DNA from: Candidatus Eiseniibacteriota bacterium
GTDB lineage: Bacteria; Eisenbacteria; RBG-16-71-46
DNA length: 64,000 bases
Assembly (NCBI GenBank): GCA_963744995.1
Contig: CAVUWA010000004.1
Location: 352,001-416,000 of the forward strand
Direction: 5' to 3'
Every line of letters begins with the position of its first letter. The stretch's first letter is position 1. Below are positions 58,643 through 64,000 of this stretch, piece by piece. The notes below the pieces were generated by a model that saw only the letters and a program-made list of their open reading frames with translations, ran no database searches and was not told the DNA's origin. Position numbers and translations under genes: made by a program.

Positions 58643-59362
58643 CTACCGGTACAGCTGCTTCACGCGACCCCAGGTGGTCGTCTCGACCGGCGTGGCGCCG
58701 CCCGAGGTGAAGTTGATGTTGTCGTAGAACACGCCCGACGGGACGTAGTTCGTGGTCGTGTTGGAGAAGCCGATCTGCAGGAGCTGGCCGGCGAGAACCG
58801 GGCTGATCAGGAGCTGGATCTGATAAGTGCCCCACGACTGCGGCAGATTCGTCGTGTCGAGCGTGAGGAAGTTGGTCGTCGCGTAGCCGGCGTTGGGATC
58901 CAGCGTCTTGATGAACGCGAGTGCGGTCGTCGGCGGCTGCAGATCGCCGAGCTTGGCGTCGAACTGGAAGGTCCACTGATTGCCGACGTCCGCGGCGCCG
59001 ATGGTCTGCTCCTGGAAGACGTTCGACTCGATGTAGTTGCCGATACCGTGGTCGGTGTTGTTGTAGTCGCTGAACACCACCAGCTGCTGGTTGCCCTGCG
59101 CGGCGCCGCCCTCGCCGATGGCGACGTTGCAGAAGCCGCCCGAGCCGTTGGGCGCCGGGAACACGCCATAACCGTACAGGTAGACCATCGCCGGCGAGAA
59201 CACGTTGGCGAACACCAGCCAGCCGGCGTTGCCGAGCGCGGCCGGATCGGCCTGATTGAGTCCCTCGAAGTTTTCGCTGTACGGAGCGAGGTCGGCCTGG
59301 CCTGCCACGGGAGCGAGACACAGCATGGCCGCGATGAGGACGGTGGTAGCGCGAGCTTTCAT
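58643..59362 (-). CDS. Secreted beta-sandwich protein ending in TPVETTTWGRVKQLYR
   Basis: Signal peptide (GQA/D); paralog of 51156-52169; short C-terminal motif. Confidence 0.85.
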   Translation of the reverse strand: MKARATTVLIAAMLCLAPVAGQADLAPYSENFEGLNQADPAALGNAGWLVFANVFSPAMVYLYGYGVFPAPNGSGGFCNVAIGEGGAAQGNQQLVVFSDYNNTDHGIGNYIESNVFQEQTIGAADVGNQWTFQFDAKLGDLQPPTTALAFIKTLDPNAGYATTNFLTLDTTNLPQSWGTYQIQLLISPVLAGQLLQIGFSNTTTNYVPSGVFYDNINFTSGGATPVETTTWGRVKQLYR

Positions 59363-59480
59363 TTCTCTGCCCTTTCGCTGGTGAGAAATCGGATGAAGCG
59401 GGTGAGACCGGTCGTCGCGGAGCCTGCATCCGCTCGCCTCGAGGGCGTGGCGTTGCCCGACTTGCGTGCCTCAAGGCTAC

Positions 59481-59505
59481 ACTATGTTCGATAGGCAAAC
59501 AAAGT
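59481..59505. promoter_or_regulatory. ROK-type operator 3
   Basis: ACTATGTTCGATAGGCAAACAAAGT; overlaps a minus-strand TTGTTT-17-TAGCCT. Confidence 0.8.
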
Positions 59506-59736
59506 CCAAAGATGCGATTTCGCCTGGTCCTCCGGTGGTAGTCCGGGCCTCCAGCCCGACCCGCGCCGCCCGACGCCCTAACCGACTGTTGCGGAACGGG
59601 TCACGGCCGCGACTTCGGAATCCGGTCCGGGCCGGCCTGCGCGCCCGGCGCGCGCCGGCAGCGTTGCCCGCCCGCGCGCCGCTGTGCGAGGCTGGCCGTG
59701 CCGCTCCCTCCTCGAGACCTTCTAAGGAGATTCACC

Positions 59737-60432
59737 ATGGCCCGCACTTCGACCCCGTGGACGGCGCTCGCGCTGTGCGCCGCCGCCCTGCTGTCCTACG
59801 CCCGCCCGGCGCAGGCGGTCGGCTGGGAGGCCGGCGGTCACCTGGTCTATGCCGAACCGCGCGCCGATTTCGCCGCCGTGATCGACCAGGGCTTCGGCAT
59901 TCAGGGCTTCGGCGTGCTGCTGCTCGACCCGAGCGGATTCATCGGCCTGCGCCTGGACGGCGGCTTCCTCAACTACGGCAACGAAACCGTGCGCGTGCCG
60001 CTCAGCAGCACGGTGCGGCGAATCCTCGTGGACGTGAACACCTCGAACAACATCGCGATGCTCGACATCGGCCTTCAGGTCGCGGCTCCGGACGGCCCGG
60101 TGCGACCGTACCTCTACGGCAGCGTCGGAATCGGATACTTCTTCACCGAGTCGTCGGTCAAAGGTTCCAACACCTCGGACGAACCGTTCGCGAACACGCG
60201 CAACTTCGACGACACCACCACCGGGGCCGCGCTCGGCGGCGGCCTGCGCGTGCCGGTGTGGCAGACGCTCAGCGTGGACTTCGGCGTGGAATACCGCCGC
60301 TACCGCAACGCGCGCTACCTCACCGAGGGCGACATCATCGAGGAGTCCGACGGCAGCGTGACCCTGCGCGTGCACGAGAGCGACGCGGATCTCGTCGTCT
60401 ACCGGCTCGGGGTCGTCTTCCGCGCCCCGTAA
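59737..60432 (+). CDS. Outer-membrane beta-barrel protein
   Basis: AAGGAGA RBS, signal peptide AQA, RPYLYG.VG..YF, terminal YRLGVVF. Confidence 0.82.
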   Translation: MARTSTPWTALALCAAALLSYARPAQAVGWEAGGHLVYAEPRADFAAVIDQGFGIQGFGVLLLDPSGFIGLRLDGGFLNYGNETVRVPLSSTVRRILVDVNTSNNIAMLDIGLQVAAPDGPVRPYLYGSVGIGYFFTESSVKGSNTSDEPFANTRNFDDTTTGAALGGGLRVPVWQTLSVDFGVEYRRYRNARYLTEGDIIEESDGSVTLRVHESDADLVVYRLGVVFRAP

Positions 60433-60639
60433 CGAGCCGCCCGTGCGCGTTGCCCCTTCGTGGTCACTCAGCGCCGAACCCTGCTGGCGCGGCGGGATCG
60501 GGCCGGGCTAGGCTCGCCGGGGTTGCGGCCATGACGGCCTCGCGGGGTCGCGACCCCGCGGGGCCGCGTCCGGGCGGCGGGCGGCACACGGACGCCGGAC
60601 GACGACGACCGGCGCCATGTCCCAAGAAGGAGGAACACG

Positions 60640-61620
60640 ATGAGCTGGGTGGGTCGCGTGGTACGCGTCCTGGGGGTGCTGGTCGTGCTGGGTCTCGCGG
60701 GCTTCGCCGTGTTCGTGGCGACGCGCCAGCACCTGAACTTCGACGACACGCCACTGCCGGCGGTGGCGGCGAGCGCCGACTCCACGGTGATCGAGCGCGG
60801 CCGCTATCTGGTGCGCAACGTGGCCGACTGCGCGGCGTGCCACGGCGCCCCCGGCATGCTGGGCAAGGTGCCGATCGATTCGCTGGCGCTCTCGGGTGGC
60901 TATGCGTTCCACATCCCGCCTGGAACGTTCTACGCGCGCAACCTCACCCCCGACGTCGAGACCGGCACCGGCGGCTACAGTGACGGCCAGATCGCGCGGG
61001 CGCTCCGCTACGGCGTCGGACACGACGGCCGCGCACTGCTGCCGTTCATGGAGATGCAGGGCCTCGCGGACGACGATCTGGTCGCGATCGTGTCGTACCT
61101 GCGCACGCAGCCCGCGGTGAAGAACGCGGTGCCGATGCACGACTACACCATGCTCGGCCGGATCGTGAAGGCGACCGTGCTCGCCCATCCGGTGGGGCCC
61201 GCCGAGACCCCGCCGCACGTCGCGCCCCGCGCGGTCGGCATCGAGACCGGCCGCTACCTCGCCGGCTCGGTCGCCAACTGCTGGTCGTGTCACACCGAGC
61301 GCAATGCGAACACCGGCGAACTGATGAAACCGAAGTTCAGCGGTGCGCATACGTTCATCGAGTCGTCCGGCGGCAAGCTGTGGGCGCCCCCCAACCTCAC
61401 GCCCGACCCGAAGACCGGCCGCCTGGTCCACATGTCCGAAGACGATTTCGTCGCGCGCATGCGGCAGGGCCGCCTGCTGCCGGATTCGCCGATGCCTTGG
61501 GAGGTCATCCGTCTGATGAGAGAGGATGATCTGCGCTCGATCTACCGGTTCCTGATGTCGCTGCCCCCGGTCGAGAACGACGTGGGCCCGCCGGTGCGCG
61601 AGGCCGGCAGGGCCTCGTAG
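60640..61620 (+). CDS. Membrane-anchored diheme cytochrome c
   Basis: CAACH and CWSCH, each with G.YL before and NLTPD..TG after. Confidence 0.92.
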   Translation: MSWVGRVVRVLGVLVVLGLAGFAVFVATRQHLNFDDTPLPAVAASADSTVIERGRYLVRNVADCAACHGAPGMLGKVPIDSLALSGGYAFHIPPGTFYARNLTPDVETGTGGYSDGQIARALRYGVGHDGRALLPFMEMQGLADDDLVAIVSYLRTQPAVKNAVPMHDYTMLGRIVKATVLAHPVGPAETPPHVAPRAVGIETGRYLAGSVANCWSCHTERNANTGELMKPKFSGAHTFIESSGGKLWAPPNLTPDPKTGRLVHMSEDDFVARMRQGRLLPDSPMPWEVIRLMREDDLRSIYRFLMSLPPVENDVGPPVREAGRAS

Positions 61621-61824
61621 CGCCCGCCCCTCGCTCGCGTCAATTTCCGGTGAAAGAGTGCCTTCGGGTGCGGCGTTCCGGCCGATCGCCGCGTCCAAAG
61701 GAATGCGGCGGTCGGCGCGATGGCGCGGAACGCCGCTGTCGCCGCGGCGGAACGGGGCGCGGCCGTCCGGCGACATCGAGCGGCTCGTCTTCCGCGCCGC
61801 TGCAGAAGGATGGACGGTTCGACC

Positions 61825-62412
61825 ATGAAGGCTCTTACCGCAGTTGCCGCCGCGCTGCTGACGCTCGTGGCGTCGCACGCATTCGCCCAGAGCGTGGACC
61901 AGCCGAAGAACGAGGCCTGGGAAGGGCCCTCGACCTCGGTGCAGAAGACCCCGCTGACGCCCGACCCGCTCGACGCCGACGCGGCGCAGATCAACCCCGG
62001 AGATCCGCTGCCGGACTTCCAGGTGGCCAGTTCGCTCGATCGCAAGGTGCGGCCCGGCGACCTGCGCGGCCACTGGTCGGCATTGGTGTTCGACGAGAGC
62101 CCGCGGCCGTTCGTGCCGATCGAGGCCCTTGCCGATTCCCTGCAGGCGCTGCACGTGACGGTCTACGGGATCTCGCGCGCCGACTCGCTCGCCGACACCG
62201 GTGCGAAGCCGCCGACGCGTCTCGTGCTGCTCGCCGACCCCGACGCAGACATGGCGCGGTCGTTCGGGATGTACGACGCGACCACGGACCGGATCAAACA
62301 GGGCCTGCTGGTCTCCGATCCGCGCGGGGTCGTGCGACTCACGCTGCCCGGCGCGAGCATGGATCCGGCCCGGTTGCTCGGCATGATCCGCTACGCGGTG
62401 CAGGGCACCTGA
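61825..62412 (+). CDS. Exported redoxin/AhpC-TSA-fold protein lacking cysteine
   Basis: Signal peptide; GD.LPDF, DLRG, VYGIS, LLADPD..MARSFG, DPRGVVR. Confidence 0.7.
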   Translation: MKALTAVAAALLTLVASHAFAQSVDQPKNEAWEGPSTSVQKTPLTPDPLDADAAQINPGDPLPDFQVASSLDRKVRPGDLRGHWSALVFDESPRPFVPIEALADSLQALHVTVYGISRADSLADTGAKPPTRLVLLADPDADMARSFGMYDATTDRIKQGLLVSDPRGVVRLTLPGASMDPARLLGMIRYAVQGT

Positions 62413-62551
62413 CGCGACGGCGCGGCCGGCGGGGGGCGGAAATCGGTCGGCGACTCGGTTTTGACGTCTTTTGCTTGGAAACGCCGCGCATGAACGCTAA
62501 CCTCCGGGGTGAACCGTTGATCGACCACATCGCCCCGAGGGGGTTCATTCG

Positions 62552-63724
62552 TTGAGTGCCGCTCCATACGGCATGAAGTTCGAGGCGATTTCCGCGTACG
62601 TTCCCGAGCAGGTCTGGAGCAATGCACGCGTGGCGGCCCGACTGCGTCTCGAGCGCATGCGGATGAGGGCGGCGGATCCCGAGCCGCTCACGCGCGAGTC
62701 ATCGCAGCTGTTCGAGACCAGCGATCGCTGGGTGCGACGCTTCATCGGCTTCAGCGAGCGTCACTTCTCCCCGGAAGGTGAAGGCACCATCGATCTTGCG
62801 CGCCGCGCTGCGCTGGACCTGTTCGAGCATGCGGCGGCGACACCCGGGGACGTGGACGCGATCATCGTCGCGAGCGTCACGCCGTCCTACCTCTACAGTC
62901 CGCCCGACGCCGCGCTGCTGCAGGACGCGCTCGGCATCCCGGTCTGGAACGGGCCGGTGCCCCGTCCGCTGATCGGCGCGGACGTCTCGCTCGCCTGCAG
63001 CAGCTGGGTGACGTCGCTGATGCTCACCTACGCCCTGATCCGCGCGGGCATGGCCGAACGCGTCCTGCTGGTGGGCGCGGACCGCATGAGCGCCACCATC
63101 AACTGGCGCGACCGCGGGTTCGCCACGGTGCTCGGCGACGCGGGAACCGCGACACTGTGCTCCGCCGTGCCCGAACAGGAGGACTGGTTCGGTCCGCAGC
63201 ACTTCTGGGAATGGCTCGACGGCGGCCACGCCGACACCATCCTCACGCCGGCCGGCGGATCGCGGCATCCGCATCCCACGCCCGACGAAATCGCGGCCGG
63301 CGCCGATCGGCTGGCGATGGACGGCGCGGCGGTGCGCAAGCTCATGGTGCCGTTCGTCGGCGGACCCGCGATGGACGCGGCGCTGGCGCGGGCCGGCTGG
63401 ACGATGCAGGACCTCGACCTGGCGATCCAGCACGAGGCGAATCCGACGCTCAACGCGTCGATCGTGGATTCCTGGCGCGAGCGCGGGTTCGGCGGCAAGG
63501 TGCTGGATGCGGGCGGCCGGTTCGGCAACACGACGAGCGCGTCGATTCCACTCGCGCTGGCGCTCAACCCGGACGATCTCGTCCGGGGTCGCCGCTTCGG
63601 CGTGGTCGGCTATGGCGGCGGGCTCTCCGCGAGCTTTGCCTTCGGCACGATCCGCCATCCACTCACGGTGTCGGCCAACGCGACGCGTGAAGAACAGGGC
63701 GCGGCGACGACGCAGCACGCCTGA
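62552..63724 (+). CDS. FabH-like 3-oxoacyl-ACP synthase III
   Basis: LACSS, LGDAG, HEAN, FGNTTSASIP, GYGGGL (C-H-N triad). Confidence 0.9.
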   Translation: MSAAPYGMKFEAISAYVPEQVWSNARVAARLRLERMRMRAADPEPLTRESSQLFETSDRWVRRFIGFSERHFSPEGEGTIDLARRAALDLFEHAAATPGDVDAIIVASVTPSYLYSPPDAALLQDALGIPVWNGPVPRPLIGADVSLACSSWVTSLMLTYALIRAGMAERVLLVGADRMSATINWRDRGFATVLGDAGTATLCSAVPEQEDWFGPQHFWEWLDGGHADTILTPAGGSRHPHPTPDEIAAGADRLAMDGAAVRKLMVPFVGGPAMDAALARAGWTMQDLDLAIQHEANPTLNASIVDSWRERGFGGKVLDAGGRFGNTTSASIPLALALNPDDLVRGRRFGVVGYGGGLSASFAFGTIRHPLTVSANATREEQGAATTQHA

Positions 63725-63740
63725 AGCGCCTCCGCAAACG

Positions 63741-63772
63741 AAAGGGGCGGCTTCCTTGCGGAAGCCGCCCCT
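63741..63772 (-). terminator. Intrinsic terminator of the csp gene (possibly bidirectional)
   Basis: AGGGGCGGCTTCC / GGAAGCCGCCCCT with TTT on the minus strand. Confidence 0.8.
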
Positions 63773-63799
63773 GCGACGCGAGGTGGTACCCCGAGCGTC

Positions 63800-64000
63800 T
63801 TAGGCCTTGCGGACGTTCGACGCCTGCAGACCCTTCGGTCCACGGGTCACGTCGAATTCCAGCGCCTCACCCTCGGCGAGCGTCTTGAAGCCGTCGCCGT
63901 TGATGGCCGAAAAATGGACGAACACGTCCTCGCCATCCGTCTGGGAAATGAAACCAAAGCCCTTCGCCTCGTTGAACCACTTCACGGTACCGGTAGCCAA
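63800..64000 (-). CDS. Cold-shock protein (CspA family)
   Basis: [25 protein letters not shown] at the window edge. Confidence 0.97.
   Translation of the reverse strand: MATGTVKWFNEAKGFGFISQTDGEDVFVHFSAINGDGFKTLAEGEALEFDVTRGPKGLQASNVRKA

Noticed and set aside
400..63718. Many long alternative-frame and antisense ORFs (e.g. 5485-8445, 26594-30379, 45705-48737, 52441-55890)
   Set aside because: Shadow ORFs of high-GC coding DNA: Arg/Ala/Pro-rich, no motifs, overlapping well-supported genes

Overview
High-GC diderm bacterial chromosome segment. FlgD/T9SS-like C-terminal domains, a TWGxxKxxY C-terminal motif and several small OM beta-barrels point to an FCB-group candidate phylum such as Ca. 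Eisenbacteria (inference). 1-8.5 kb: translation cluster tRNA-Val(GAC), thrS, infC (ATT start, L20-leader-like RNA), rpmI, rplT, pheS, pheT, with two paralogous beta-barrel genes between thrS and infC. 8.6-28.8 kb: DAHP synthase behind an unannotated WWRW leader-peptide attenuator, aroC, UPF0182, MscS, CorA, GH31, secreted CTD proteins, a collapsed haloperoxidase-like pseudogene and an FAD oxidoreductase. 28.9-35 kb: putative synthase-dependent exopolysaccharide locus (processive GT2, beta-helix protein, membrane domain fused to a YaiO-like barrel, GT-C-like protein). 37.2-59.5 kb, the main feature: a ~22-kb beta-1,3-glucan utilisation locus with a ROK repressor, three 25-bp operators, two GH16, GH17, GH1, a GH149-like phosphorylase, a GH158/GH2-like enzyme fused to a predicted OM barrel and a split Opp-type ABC transporter, with no SusC/SusD. 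It also holds two paralogous secreted proteins with different C-terminal tags. 59.7-64 kb: OM barrel, diheme cytochrome c, Cys-less redoxin, FabH-like enzyme, cold-shock protein. No CRISPR array, integrase or transposase was seen. All family calls come from motif recognition, not database searches.
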